Part shown: positions 36,295 through 45,362 of the stretch, piece after piece
How positions within the stretch are numbered: position 1 is the stretch's first letter
Layout: every line of letters starts with the position of its first letter
Assembly: GCA_036396355.1 (NCBI GenBank)
Contig: DASWKZ010000131.1
Span: 1-55,978 of the forward strand
DNA: 55,978 nucleotides
Source of the DNA: Alphaproteobacteria bacterium
Lineage (GTDB): Bacteria; Pseudomonadota; Alphaproteobacteria; SMXQ01
Direction: 5' to 3'
Notes under the pieces: model-generated
The model's database searches: none
The model's input: only the letters and a program-made list of their open reading frames with translations
Told to the model about the DNA's origin: nothing
Position numbers and translations under genes: made by a program

Positions 36295-37123
36295 GGGCAG
36301 GCTCCGCCTCGCCTGCGTGCAGGTGAATGCCGGCGAGGACATGGCGGCGAACCTGGCCGCCGCCGAGACCCTCGCCCGCGAGGCGCGTGCCGACGGCGCG
36401 CGGCTGATCGGGTTCCCCGAGAACGTCGCCTTCATGGCCCCCGACGGCGAGGGGGTGAGGGAGGCCGCCCGGCCCGAGGCGGAGCATCCGGCGCTGGCCC
36501 GCTTCCGCGCCCTGGCGGCCGAGCTCGACGTGTGGCTGCTGGTGGGGTCTCTGGGCGTCCGCACCGGCAGCAACGACGGCCGCGTCGCCAACCGCAGCTA
36601 CCTGCTCGACCCCGAGGGGTCGATCGTCGCCGCCTACGACAAGATCCACATGTTCGACGTGACCCTGCCGGGGGGCGAGAGCTACCGCGAATCGGCGACG
36701 TTCCTCCCCGGGGACCGCGCCGTCCTCGCCCGGACGCCGCTCGGCACGCTCGGCCTCACCATCTGCTACGACCTACGGTTCCCGCACCTCTACCGGACGC
36801 TGGCCAAGGCCGGCGCCGAGCTGATCGCGGTGCCGTCGGCTTTCACCCGCACCACCGGGCAGGCGCACTGGCGCACGCTCCTGAAGGCCCGGGCCATCGA
36901 GACCGGCGCCTTCGTGTTCGCGCCCGCCCAGTGCGGGACCCATCCCCGCGGGCGGCGGACCTTCGGCCATTCGCTGATCGTCTCGCCCTGGGGGGAGGTC
37001 ATCGCCGAGGCCGACGAGGCGCCCGGGGTGATCGCCGCCGAGATCGACCTCGCCGAGGTGGCCCGGGTGCGGGCGCAGGTCCCGTCCCTCGGGCACGACC
37101 GGGAGTTCACCGGACCGGGCTGA
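36281..37123 (+). CDS. carbon-nitrogen hydrolase family protein (Nit-like amidase)
   Basis: The in-frame ATG at 36281 overlaps the grxC end by 14 nt. The catalytic triad contexts are LIGFPE, YDKIHMFD and LTICYDLRFP. Confidence 0.85.
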   Translation: MARAEGRLRLACVQVNAGEDMAANLAAAETLAREARADGARLIGFPENVAFMAPDGEGVREAARPEAEHPALARFRALAAELDVWLLVGSLGVRTGSNDGRVANRSYLLDPEGSIVAAYDKIHMFDVTLPGGESYRESATFLPGDRAVLARTPLGTLGLTICYDLRFPHLYRTLAKAGAELIAVPSAFTRTTGQAHWRTLLKARAIETGAFVFAPAQCGTHPRGRRTFGHSLIVSPWGEVIAEADEAPGVIAAEIDLAEVARVRAQVPSLGHDREFTGPG

Positions 37124-37144
37124 TCCCCCCTGGCGGGACGGCTG

Positions 37145-38425
37145 CTACAGCCCGTGCTCGACCATGCCCGCGGCCACCGTCGCGTTGGTGCGCGGATCGA
37201 TGAGGATGAAGGCGCCGGTGGCGGCGCACTCGGCATAGGGGTCGAAGGCGATGTCGTCCTGGAGCCGGATGCGCGCCTCGCCGATCCCGTTGGCGGCGAG
37301 CGGACCGTTTCCGGGCACGCGGTCGAGGGTATCGACGTCGATGAGGTGCGCGGGCGGGGCGACCCGCGCGGCCACCGTGCGGGTGCCGGCGCGCAGCAGA
37401 TAGGCGGCGCGCGGGTCCTGGGGGACGCGGTCGAGCCAGCACAGGGTCGCGGTCAGCTCGCGCGCCTCGCGCGGCGGCGCCTCCGGGGCGGCCAGCATGT
37501 GGCCGCGCCCGACGTCGAGCGGGTCGGCGAGGGTGAGCGTCGCCGACTGGCCCGTGGAGGCCTCCTCGGCGGCGCCGTCGGGAAGGAGGATGCCGGTAAC
37601 CGTGGTCTCGCCGCCCCCGGGCGCGACCCGGACCCGGTCGCCGACGCGCACGCGGCCGGCGGCGACGCGGCCCATGTAGCCGCGGATGTCCGCCGTCATA
37701 CCGTCGGCGGGCCGCGCGGCGAGCTGGACCGGCATGCGGAAGGGGAGATCGCGGCGCGGGGCGCCGGCCGGCAGGTCCTCGAGGACCTGGATGAGCGTCG
37801 CCCCGCGGTACCACGGCATGGCGTCGGCCCCGCGCACCACGTTCTCGCCCTTCTTCGCCGAGACCGGCACGTAATGGACCTCGGCGAAGCCGAGGCGCGC
37901 ACAGAACCGCGCCAGCTCGTCGTGTGCGCGCATGAAGGCGTCCTCGGCGTAGCCGACGAGATCCATCTTGTTGACGGCGAACACCACGTGCGGAAGGCCC
38001 AGCAACGCGGCGATGCAGACATGGCGCCGGCTCTGGCGGGTCATGCCATTGCGCACGTCGGTGAGGAACAGCGCCGCCGTGGCCTTGGAGGCGCCGGTGA
38101 CCATGTTGCGCGTGTACTGCTCGTGGCCCGGCACGTCGGCGAGGATGAAGCTGCGCCGGGCGGTCGCGAAGTAGCGGTAGGCGACGTCGATGGTGATGCC
38201 CTGCTCGCGCTCGGCGGTCAGCCCATCGGTGACGCGGGCGAGGTCGATGTCCTCGCGGCCCTCGCGCACGGCGGCGGCGGCCAGGGCCGCCAGCTGGTCG
38301 ATCGACAGCGCCCCGAGGTCGGCCAGCAGGCGCCCGATCAGGGTCGACTTGCCGTCGTCGACGCTGCCGGCGGTGGTCAGGCGCAGGAGATCCCGCCGGT
38401 TCCGCTCGCGGTCCCGGGCGCTCAT
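37145..38425 (-). CDS. cysN: sulfate adenylyltransferase subunit 1 (GTPase), without a fused APS kinase domain
   Basis: The in-frame ATG at 38425 of ORF 37145..39559 overlaps the cysD stop (ATGA). Motifs: TAGSVDDGKSTLIGRLL (G1), DVPGHEQY, NKMDLV. Length is about 426 aa, so there is no CysC fusion. Confidence 0.9.
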   Translation of the reverse strand: MSARDRERNRRDLLRLTTAGSVDDGKSTLIGRLLADLGALSIDQLAALAAAAVREGREDIDLARVTDGLTAEREQGITIDVAYRYFATARRSFILADVPGHEQYTRNMVTGASKATAALFLTDVRNGMTRQSRRHVCIAALLGLPHVVFAVNKMDLVGYAEDAFMRAHDELARFCARLGFAEVHYVPVSAKKGENVVRGADAMPWYRGATLIQVLEDLPAGAPRRDLPFRMPVQLAARPADGMTADIRGYMGRVAAGRVRVGDRVRVAPGGGETTVTGILLPDGAAEEASTGQSATLTLADPLDVGRGHMLAAPEAPPREARELTATLCWLDRVPQDPRAAYLLRAGTRTVAARVAPPAHLIDVDTLDRVPGNGPLAANGIGEARIRLQDDIAFDPYAECAATGAFILIDPRTNATVAAGMVEHGL

Positions 38426-39378
38426 CAGAAGTATCCGGCCTGCTTGCGCCGTTCCATGGCCGCCTCGGAGACGATGTCGTCGAGCCGGGTGGCGCCGCGC
38501 TCGGAGATCTGGGCGGCGAGGGTCTCGGCCAGCACCTCCTCCGCCGTCGCCGCGGTGGAGGCGACCGGGCAGGTGCAGGTGATGTCGCCGACGGTGCGGA
38601 ACCGGACCATGCGCGTGACCGGCGCCTCGCCCGTCTTGAGGGGGATCAGGGGATGGACCGGCACCAGGCGGTCGCCGCGTTCCACCACCGCGCGTTCGTG
38701 GGCGTAGTAGAGCGCGGGCAGCGCCACCTCCTCGCGGGCGACATAGCGCCACACGTCGGCCTCGGTCCAGTCGGAAAGCGGGAAGACGCGCATGTGCTCG
38801 CCCGGCCCGACGCGGCCGTTGTAGAGGTCCCACAGCTCGGGCCGCTGGCGGCGCGGCTCCCATCCCCCGAAGGAATCGCGGAAGGAGAACACGCGCTCCT
38901 TGGCGCGGGCCTTCTCCTCGTCGCGCCGGGCGCCGCCGATGCAGGCGTCGAAGCCGAGCTCCTCGATGGCATCGAGCAGGGTCACGCTCTGGTGGGCGTT
39001 GCGGCTTTCCCCGGGGCGGGCTAGCACGACGCGGCCCCGGGCGATGCTGTCCTCGACGGAGCGCACCACCAGCCGCGCGCCCGCCCTCGCCGCCGCCGCG
39101 TCGCGGAAGGCGAGCACCTCCGGGTAGTTGTGCCCCGTATCGACGTGGAGCAGCGTGAACGGCACCGGGCCCGGGCGGAACGCCTTGACCGCGAGGTGCA
39201 GGACCACCGCCGAATCCTTGCCGCCGGAGAACAGCAGGGCCGGCCGCTCGAACTGGGCCGCCGCCTCGCGGAGGATGTAGATGGCGTCGTGCTCGAGGGC
39301 GTCGAGATGGCCCGGTACGGTGAGATCCGCCTGCGGCTGGACCGCGCCCGCGTCGAAACGGTTTGAAAGACGCGCCAT
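38425..39378 (-). CDS. cysD: sulfate adenylyltransferase subunit 2
   Basis: The in-frame ATG at 39378 gives MARLSNRF...HLDALEHDAIYILREAAAQFERPALLFSGGKDSAV (PP-loop), then WDLYN and the C-terminal ERRKQAGYF. Confidence 0.92.
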   Translation of the reverse strand: MARLSNRFDAGAVQPQADLTVPGHLDALEHDAIYILREAAAQFERPALLFSGGKDSAVVLHLAVKAFRPGPVPFTLLHVDTGHNYPEVLAFRDAAAARAGARLVVRSVEDSIARGRVVLARPGESRNAHQSVTLLDAIEELGFDACIGGARRDEEKARAKERVFSFRDSFGGWEPRRQRPELWDLYNGRVGPGEHMRVFPLSDWTEADVWRYVAREEVALPALYYAHERAVVERGDRLVPVHPLIPLKTGEAPVTRMVRFRTVGDITCTCPVASTAATAEEVLAETLAAQISERGATRLDDIVSEAAMERRKQAGYF

Positions 39379-39380
39379 GC

Positions 39381-40085
39381 TCACGCCTGATTCTCCGTGG
39401 GATTTCCATGAATGCCGCATTCGCGGGTCTCGGGATTTTCCCACCACCAGCGACCGGCCCGCTCGTCCTCGCCGGGCTCGATCGCCCGCGTGCAGGGGGC
39501 GCAGCCGATCGAGGCGAAGCCCTGGTCGTGGAGGGGATTGTACGGCACCTTGCGATCACGGATATAAGACCACACGTCCTCGGCGGACCACGCCGCCAGC
39601 GGATTGTATTTGAACAGTCCGTGGACCGCGTCCCATTCGCGCTCGGCGATATCGGCGCGCGTCGCCGACTGGCCGCGCCGCAGCCCCGTGATCCATGCCC
39701 CGCGCCCGGCGAGCGCGCGCCGGAGCGGCTCCACCTTGCGGATGGCGCAGCAGGCCTTGCGCGTCTCGATGGCGTTGTAGATGCCGTCGGGGCCGTGCTC
39801 GGCGAGGAAGCCCTGGAGGGCGTCGGCCTCGGGCACGTAGATCTCGACGGGGAGGCGGTAGCGCGCGCGCGCCCGCTGGATCAGCCCGTGGGTCTCCGGG
39901 TGCAGGCGGCCGGTGTCGAGGGTGAACACGGCGACGGGCAGGCCGCCGCGCGCGATCAGGTCGATCAGCACCATGTCCTCGGCGCCCATGCTGGAGGCGA
40001 GCGCGGCCGGGGCATGCTCGGCGGCGGCCTCGGCGAGCGCCGCCTGTGCCCGCTCGATGCGCGCGGCGAGATTCGGTTCGGTCAT
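39381..40085 (-). CDS. cysH: adenylylsulfate/phosphoadenylylsulfate reductase (thioredoxin-dependent), Fe-S (APS-reductase) type
   Basis: 234 aa. Contains KACCAIRKVEPL and SIGCAPCT (the four-Cys set I associate with Fe-S APS reductases) and the C-terminal catalytic ECGIH. Confidence 0.88.
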   Translation of the reverse strand: MTEPNLAARIERAQAALAEAAAEHAPAALASSMGAEDMVLIDLIARGGLPVAVFTLDTGRLHPETHGLIQRARARYRLPVEIYVPEADALQGFLAEHGPDGIYNAIETRKACCAIRKVEPLRRALAGRGAWITGLRRGQSATRADIAEREWDAVHGLFKYNPLAAWSAEDVWSYIRDRKVPYNPLHDQGFASIGCAPCTRAIEPGEDERAGRWWWENPETRECGIHGNPTENQA

Positions 40086-40119
40086 CGGCAGCCCGGAATA
40101 ACGAGGATCACACGTGGAA

Positions 40120-40165
40120 CCTATAGAATCACCAATTCAGAATGTAAATAAAATTTCTAAACATA
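40120..40165 (-). promoter_or_regulatory. candidate sigma70 promoter with AT-rich UP-like element for cysHDN
   Basis: The minus strand reads GAAATTTTATTTACA-TTCTGAATTGGTGATTC-TATAGG. That gives -35 TTTACA (plus-strand 40143-40148), a 17-nt spacer and -10 TATAGG (40120-40125). It lies about 35 nt upstream of the cysH ATG. Confidence 0.5.
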
Positions 40166-40210
40166 TTTTTCTTGTATAATTTGGAGGCGCCAAGGCACGC
40201 CATGGCAAAG

Positions 40211-40231
40211 GGCCGGACCCAAGGTCCGGCC
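40211..40231 (-). terminator. hairpin downstream of the peroxiredoxin gene (weak terminator)
   Basis: GGCCGGACC-CAA-GGTCCGGCC 9-bp stem. On the minus strand it is followed only by CTTTGCC, a poor U-tract. Confidence 0.45.
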
Positions 40232-40272
40232 CTTCCTGCCCTTGGCCCCGGGGGGCCGCCGCGAAACGGGGC

Positions 40273-40929
40273 TTACGGTTGCGGGACCACCCGCATGTAG
40301 GGCTTCACCGCCTTCCAGCCGCCGGGGAACTTCTCCTTGGCGGCATCGTCGGAGACCGCCGGCACGATGATCACGTCCTCGCCCTGCTTCCAGTTCACCG
40401 GGGTCGCGACCTGGTGCTTGGCCGTCAGCTGGAGCGAATCGACGAGGCGCAGGATCTCGTCGAAGTTCCGCCCCGTGCTCATGGGGTAGACCAGGATCGC
40501 CTTGATCTTCTTGTCGGGTCCGACGATGAAGACGTTGCGGACGGTCTGGTTGTCGGCCGGGGTCCGCCCCTTGGAGCTGTCGCCGGCGCCGGCGGGCAGC
40601 ATGCCATAGAGCTTCGCCACCTTGAGCTGGCTGTCGCCGATCAGGGGGTAGTTGGGGGCATGGCCCGTGATGTCCTTGATATCGTTGGCCCAGCGCTTGT
40701 GGTCGTCGACCGGGTCGACGCTGATGCCGATGACCTTCGTGTTCCGCTTGTCGAATTCCGGCTTCAGCTTGGCCATGTAGCCGAGTTCGGTGGAGCAGAC
40801 CGGGGTGAAGTCCTTGGGGTGTGAGAACAGGATCGCCCAGGAATCGCCCACCCACTCATGGAAGCGGATCGGGCCCTCGGTGGTTTCGACCTCGAAGTCC
40901 GGGGCGGTATCGCTGATTTGCAGTGTCAT
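40273..40929 (-). CDS. peroxiredoxin (Prx6-like 1-Cys type)
   Basis: MTLQISDTAPDFEVETTEGPIRFHEWVGDSWAILFSHPKDFTPVCSTELG. 218 aa. The length and tail are typical of Prx6-type enzymes. Confidence 0.9.
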   Translation of the reverse strand: MTLQISDTAPDFEVETTEGPIRFHEWVGDSWAILFSHPKDFTPVCSTELGYMAKLKPEFDKRNTKVIGISVDPVDDHKRWANDIKDITGHAPNYPLIGDSQLKVAKLYGMLPAGAGDSSKGRTPADNQTVRNVFIVGPDKKIKAILVYPMSTGRNFDEILRLVDSLQLTAKHQVATPVNWKQGEDVIIVPAVSDDAAKEKFPGGWKAVKPYMRVVPQP

Positions 40930-41117
40930 ATGACTCTCCCTCAGTTGGCGCGAACGCTTCGTCCGCCTTTGCCTCTCTAGCTGGTAATCGGGGGCGGATT
41001 TTCAATGGGCGCCCGGGGCCCGGCCCCCTCTCGCCACCCTTGCCGCGCCGCCCGGAATGCCCATCTATCATAAACCTTTGGACCCTGTAGGGCCCTTGGA
41101 GTATCGGTGAGCGCGCC

Positions 41118-41546
41118 ATGATCGTCTACGACCTCCAGTGCGGTGCCGGCCACGGATTCGACGGCTGGTTCAGGGACGCCGACGCGTTCGAGGACCAGCG
41201 CCGGGCCCGCAAGATCGTCTGCCCGGTCTGCGCCGACACCCGCGTCGTGAAGGTGCCGGCGGCGGCGCGGATCATGAAGGGACGGGCGGGTTCGCACGAG
41301 GCGCGCGGCGCCGCCCACGGCCGGGCGGCGGCCTGGCGGGGGGCGCTCGAAGCCCTCCACGAGCACGTCAGGGAAACCTGCGATTACGTCGGCGCCCGAT
41401 TCCCCGAGGAAGCCCGCAGGATCCATTATGGCGAGGCCGAGGAACGCGGCATCTACGGCGAGGCGACGGCGGAGGAGGCCAGGGACCTCGTCGAGGAAGG
41501 GGTGCCGGTCGCGCGGATTCCCAAGCTGCCGGCGGGCGACGCCTGA
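41118..41546 (+). CDS. DUF1178 family protein
   Basis: MIVYDLQCGAGHGFDGWFRDADAFEDQRRARKIVCPVCADTRVVK is the characteristic DUF1178 N-terminal zinc-ribbon-like motif. Confidence 0.8.
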   Translation: MIVYDLQCGAGHGFDGWFRDADAFEDQRRARKIVCPVCADTRVVKVPAAARIMKGRAGSHEARGAAHGRAAAWRGALEALHEHVRETCDYVGARFPEEARRIHYGEAEERGIYGEATAEEARDLVEEGVPVARIPKLPAGDA

Positions 41547-41550
41547 ACCC

Positions 41551-42114
41551 GTGTTCCTGGTGGGTCCCCAGCTGTTCTCCGGCGAGGAGCTCGCCGCCCA
41601 TCTCGAGGCCCGCAAGGCCGAGGCCGTGGCCGCGCTCGGCGCGCTCGCGCCCGGCGAGGTCGCCGCCCGGGACCGCGGGGCGCTCCTGCGCGAGATCCAC
41701 GAACGCTTCGCCGTCCCCGCCACCTCCATGCGCGTGGAAAGCGCCCATTTCACCGGGGAGCGGCCGCTGACGGCGGACGAGCGCGAGGCCATCGGCGTCG
41801 CCGAGGCGGACGCGGCCTCGTTCAAGGCGGTGACCATCGCCATCCCCTATGCAGGGGATCCCCACCTGTTCACCTGCCGGCCCGCCATCTACTCGGCCCA
41901 TCAGCCCCAGGCCGAGCCGCGCGACGGCGCGCTCCACGTCACCTATTTCCTGAGCGAGGCCGAGGAGTTCCAGCTCGAGGCCAACTTCAAGCGGCTGATC
42001 GCCCTGATCGAGCGGACCCTCGAGGTCACCCAGTGGCAAGCCATGGGCTACAACCAGGACCTCATGGACGCGCTTTCCGCCGCCCTGGCCGAGCGCACCG
42101 GCGCCGGGGCGTGA
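41551..42114 (+). CDS. hypothetical protein (about 187 aa), no family recognised
   Basis: Lies within ORF 41428..42114. GTG 41551 is the first start after the DUF1178 stop. Strong GC3 bias runs through the whole ORF. Sequence includes ...SFKAVTIAIPYAGDPHLFTCRPAIYSAHQPQ...QLEANFKRLIALIERTLE. Confidence 0.55.
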   Translation: MFLVGPQLFSGEELAAHLEARKAEAVAALGALAPGEVAARDRGALLREIHERFAVPATSMRVESAHFTGERPLTADEREAIGVAEADAASFKAVTIAIPYAGDPHLFTCRPAIYSAHQPQAEPRDGALHVTYFLSEAEEFQLEANFKRLIALIERTLEVTQWQAMGYNQDLMDALSAALAERTGAGA

Positions 42115-42138
42115 GCGGCGGGCCCGCCGGCGGCGGGT

Positions 42139-42942
42139 CTAGCGGCCTTCGTTGCCGACGTCCCTGGCCGCCAGCACGAAGTAGTTGACCCCGGTATCCC
42201 CCGACAGCCGCCAGCGGCGCGCGAGCGGGCTGTAGCTGAGGCCGGCGACCTCCGCCACGGCGAGGCCCCGGGCCTCCAGCGCCGCCGACAGTTCCGCCGG
42301 GGTCAGGAATCGGTGCCAGTCATGGGTTCCCCGCGGCAGCCATCCCAAGACGTATTCGGCGCCGACGATGGCGAGCAGGAAGGCCTTGGCCGTGCGGTTG
42401 AGGGTCGAGGCGATCAGCGCTCCCCCGGGGGCCACCAGCGCGGTCGCGGCATCGAGGAAGGCGCCGAGGTCGGCCACGTGCTCCACCACCTCGAGGGCGA
42501 GCACCACGTTGAAGCGCGCCCCTTCCTCGGCTAGCTGCTCCGCCGTCGCCGCGCGGTAGGTGACGGCAAGGCCCATGTCGCGGGCATGGGCCTCGGCGAC
42601 GGCGACGTTGCGCGGCGAGGGATCGATCCCCGTGACCGCCGCGCCCAGCCGCGCCATGGGCTCGGCCACCAGGCCGCCGCCGCTGCCGATGTCGAGCAGG
42701 GACAGCCCGTCGAGGGGGCGCCCGCCCTCGGGGTCGCGCCCGAAACGGGCGGCCAGGCGGTCGCGGATGAAGCGGATGCGCTCGGGGTTGAGGCGGTGGA
42801 GCGGCCGGAAGCGCCCGCCGGGGTCCCACCACTCGGCGGCGAGGGCCTCGAACCGGGCCACTTCGCGGTCGTCGACGGAACCGGGCGCCGCCGCAGCGCG
42901 GTTTCGGTCCGTCGATGGTGGCGCGTCGGATGATCCAGACAT
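42139..42942 (-). CDS. ubiG: bifunctional 3-demethylubiquinol 3-O-methyltransferase / 2-polyprenyl-6-hydroxyphenol methylase
   Basis: Motifs: FEALAAEWWDPGGRFRPLHRLNPERIRFI, LLDIGSGGGLVAEPMARLGAAVTGID, EVVEHV. Confidence 0.92.
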   Translation of the reverse strand: MSGSSDAPPSTDRNRAAAAPGSVDDREVARFEALAAEWWDPGGRFRPLHRLNPERIRFIRDRLAARFGRDPEGGRPLDGLSLLDIGSGGGLVAEPMARLGAAVTGIDPSPRNVAVAEAHARDMGLAVTYRAATAEQLAEEGARFNVVLALEVVEHVADLGAFLDAATALVAPGGALIASTLNRTAKAFLLAIVGAEYVLGWLPRGTHDWHRFLTPAELSAALEARGLAVAEVAGLSYSPLARRWRLSGDTGVNYFVLAARDVGNEGR

Positions 42943-43100
42943 TTCAATAGGATATTTGCCCCGCGGCCGCCGGCCCGGGCTTGCCTGGCGGCCGGTAACA
43001 GAGTATGAATCGGCGCCCTTCGGGGCGCAAGCCGCCCGATTCCGGCGGCGCGGGCTCCGCCGGAGCGGCCGCCGGACCCGCCCGGATTGGAAAGCATCGC

Positions 43101-44321
43101 ATGGCCATCATCGTTCAGAAATTCGGCGGCACCTCGGTGGCCGACATCGACCGGATCGGGGCCGTCGCCGACCGGGTGCGGGCCTCGGTCGAGGCCGGCG
43201 ACCGGGTGGCGGTGGTGGTCTCGGCCATGGCCGGCGTCACCAACCAGCTGGCGGCCTGGGCCGCGCAGGCCGCCAGGGACATGGATCCCTGCGAGTACGA
43301 TGCGGTGGTCTCGGCCGGCGAGCAGGTCACCACCGGGCTGCTGACCCTGTGCCTCCAGGACCGGGGGATCGCGGCGCGCTCGTGGCTCGGATGGCAGCTT
43401 CCCATCCGCACCGACCGGGTCCACGGCCGCGCGCGCATTTCCGGCATCGACGTCGATGCCTTGGGCAAGGGGCTCGAGGCCGGCCAGGTCCAGGTGGTGG
43501 CGGGCTTCCAGGGCGTTACCGACGATCGGCGGGTGGCGACCCTGGGGCGCGGCGGCTCCGACATCACCGCGGTCGCCCTGGCCGCGGCGCTCCGGGCCGA
43601 GCGCTGCGATATCTACACCGACGTCGACGGAGTCTACACCTCCGATCCGCGCATCGTTGCCAAGGCGCGGAAGCTGGATAAAATCACCTACGAAGAGATG
43701 CTCGAGATGGCGTCCCTCGGCGCCAAGGTGCTGCACACCCGCTCGGTGGAGCTTGCCATGAAGCACAACGTGCGGCTTCAGGTGCTCTCGAGCTTCAACG
43801 ACCTTCCCGGCACTCTTGTCGTCGACGAGGATGAAATCGTGGAACAGGAACTGGTCAGCGGCATCACCTACTCGCGCGACGAGGCGAAGGTGACGCTCAC
43901 CCGCGTGCCGGACCGCCCCGGCGTGGCGGCGGCGATCTTCGGCCCCCTTTCGGACGCCGAGATCAACGTGGACATGATCGTGCAGAACGTCGCCGCCGAC
44001 GGCCAGTCGACCGATCTCACCTTCACCGTCGCCCGTTCCGAGCTCAAGGACGCCCTGAAGGTGCTGGAAGGCAAGAAGAGTCTGCTCGGCTACGACCAGC
44101 TGCTGCCCGACCCCGACGTGGTCAAGGTCTCGGTGATCGGCGTCGGCATGCGCAGCCACGCCGGCGTCGCCAAGACCATGTTCGAGACCATGGCCGCCAA
44201 GGGCATCAACATCCAGGTGATCTCGACCTCGGAGATCAAGATCTCCGTGCTGATCGCCGAGGAATATACCGAGCTGGCGCTGCGGGCCCTGCATTCGGCC
44301 TACGGACTCGACGCCGGGTGA
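43101..44321 (+). CDS. lysC: aspartate kinase
   Basis: The in-frame ATG at 43101 gives MAIIVQKFGGTSVADIDRI. Also present: VVSAMAGVTNQL, GRGGSDITAVALAAAL, and C-terminal tandem ACT domains. Confidence 0.95.
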   Translation: MAIIVQKFGGTSVADIDRIGAVADRVRASVEAGDRVAVVVSAMAGVTNQLAAWAAQAARDMDPCEYDAVVSAGEQVTTGLLTLCLQDRGIAARSWLGWQLPIRTDRVHGRARISGIDVDALGKGLEAGQVQVVAGFQGVTDDRRVATLGRGGSDITAVALAAALRAERCDIYTDVDGVYTSDPRIVAKARKLDKITYEEMLEMASLGAKVLHTRSVELAMKHNVRLQVLSSFNDLPGTLVVDEDEIVEQELVSGITYSRDEAKVTLTRVPDRPGVAAAIFGPLSDAEINVDMIVQNVAADGQSTDLTFTVARSELKDALKVLEGKKSLLGYDQLLPDPDVVKVSVIGVGMRSHAGVAKTMFETMAAKGINIQVISTSEIKISVLIAEEYTELALRALHSAYGLDAG

Positions 44322-44324
44322 GCC

Positions 44325-45362
44325 ATGGACCGTGCCGCGGCGGAAGCGAGGCTGAACCGGCTGTGGCGGCGGGGCCGGGACCTGCTCGGCTCGCGCGTTG
44401 CCATCATGGGCGGCGCCATGACCTGGGTGTCGGAGCGCCACCTGGTGGCGGCGCTCTCCGACGCCGGCGGTTTCGGCGTGATCGCCTGCGGGTCGATGAC
44501 CCCGGAGCTTCTGGCCGAGGAGATCGCCGGGACCCGGGCGCTGACCGCCGCCCCGTTCGGGGTCAACCTCATCACCATGCATCCCCAGCTCGACCGGCTG
44601 ATCGACGTCTGCGTCGACGCGAAGGTCAGCCATGTGGTGCTGGCGGGGGGGCTTCCGCCGGGCGGGGCGATCGCCCGTTTCAAGGACTCGGGCATCCGCG
44701 TGCTGTGCTTCGCGCCGGCGCTCGTCATCGCCAGGCGGCTGGTGCGCCTTGGGGTCGACGGCATCATCATCGAGGGCATGGAGGCGGGGGGCCACACCGG
44801 ACCGGTCTCGACTTCGGTGCTGGCCCAGGAGATCCTCCCCGAGCTCCATGAGGTGCCGGTGTTCGTCGCCGGCGGCATCGGCCGCGGCGAGGCGATCGTG
44901 AGCTACCTCGAGATGGGGGCCTCGGGCGCGCAGATGGGGACCCGTTTCGTCTGCGCCCAAGAATCCATCGCCCATCCCAAGTTCAAGGCCGCCTTCATCC
45001 GGGCGCAGGCGCGCGACGCCGTGCTGTCGGTGCAGCTCGATCCCCGCTTCCCGGTGATCCCGGTGCGGGCGCTCGCCAACAAGGCGACCGAGGAATTCGC
45101 CGAGCGCCAGCGCCAGATCATCGACGACTACCGCGAGGGCAAGCTCGACCAGAAGACCGCGCAACTGGCAATCGAGCAATTCTGGGCGGGTTCGCTCCGG
45201 CGCGCGGTGCTGGAGGGCGATGTCGAGCGCGGCTCGCTCATGGCCGGCCAATCGGTGGGCATGGTCACCCGGGAGCAATCCTGCGCCGATATCATCCGGG
45301 AACTCGTCGAACAGGCCGTGGCCGTGCTGATGACCCGCTACCGAACGGAGGCCGCCGAATAA
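44325..45362 (+). CDS. nitronate monooxygenase / FabK-like FMN oxidoreductase family protein
   Basis: 345 aa. Motifs: IMGGAMTWVSERHLVAALSDAGGFGVIA, FGVNLI, GIIIEGMEAGGHTG, VAGGIGRG. Confidence 0.75.
   Translation: MDRAAAEARLNRLWRRGRDLLGSRVAIMGGAMTWVSERHLVAALSDAGGFGVIACGSMTPELLAEEIAGTRALTAAPFGVNLITMHPQLDRLIDVCVDAKVSHVVLAGGLPPGGAIARFKDSGIRVLCFAPALVIARRLVRLGVDGIIIEGMEAGGHTGPVSTSVLAQEILPELHEVPVFVAGGIGRGEAIVSYLEMGASGAQMGTRFVCAQESIAHPKFKAAFIRAQARDAVLSVQLDPRFPVIPVRALANKATEEFAERQRQIIDDYREGKLDQKTAQLAIEQFWAGSLRRAVLEGDVERGSLMAGQSVGMVTREQSCADIIRELVEQAVAVLMTRYRTEAAE

Noticed and set aside
42531-45278. 915-aa minus-strand ORF across ubiG/lysC/NMO, and the similar long antisense ORFs at 14399..16345, 20906..22849, 37154..38707 and 49642..51285
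   Set aside because: All are antisense to, or frame-shifted from, confidently identified genes. They show the characteristic shadow-ORF amino-acid bias.
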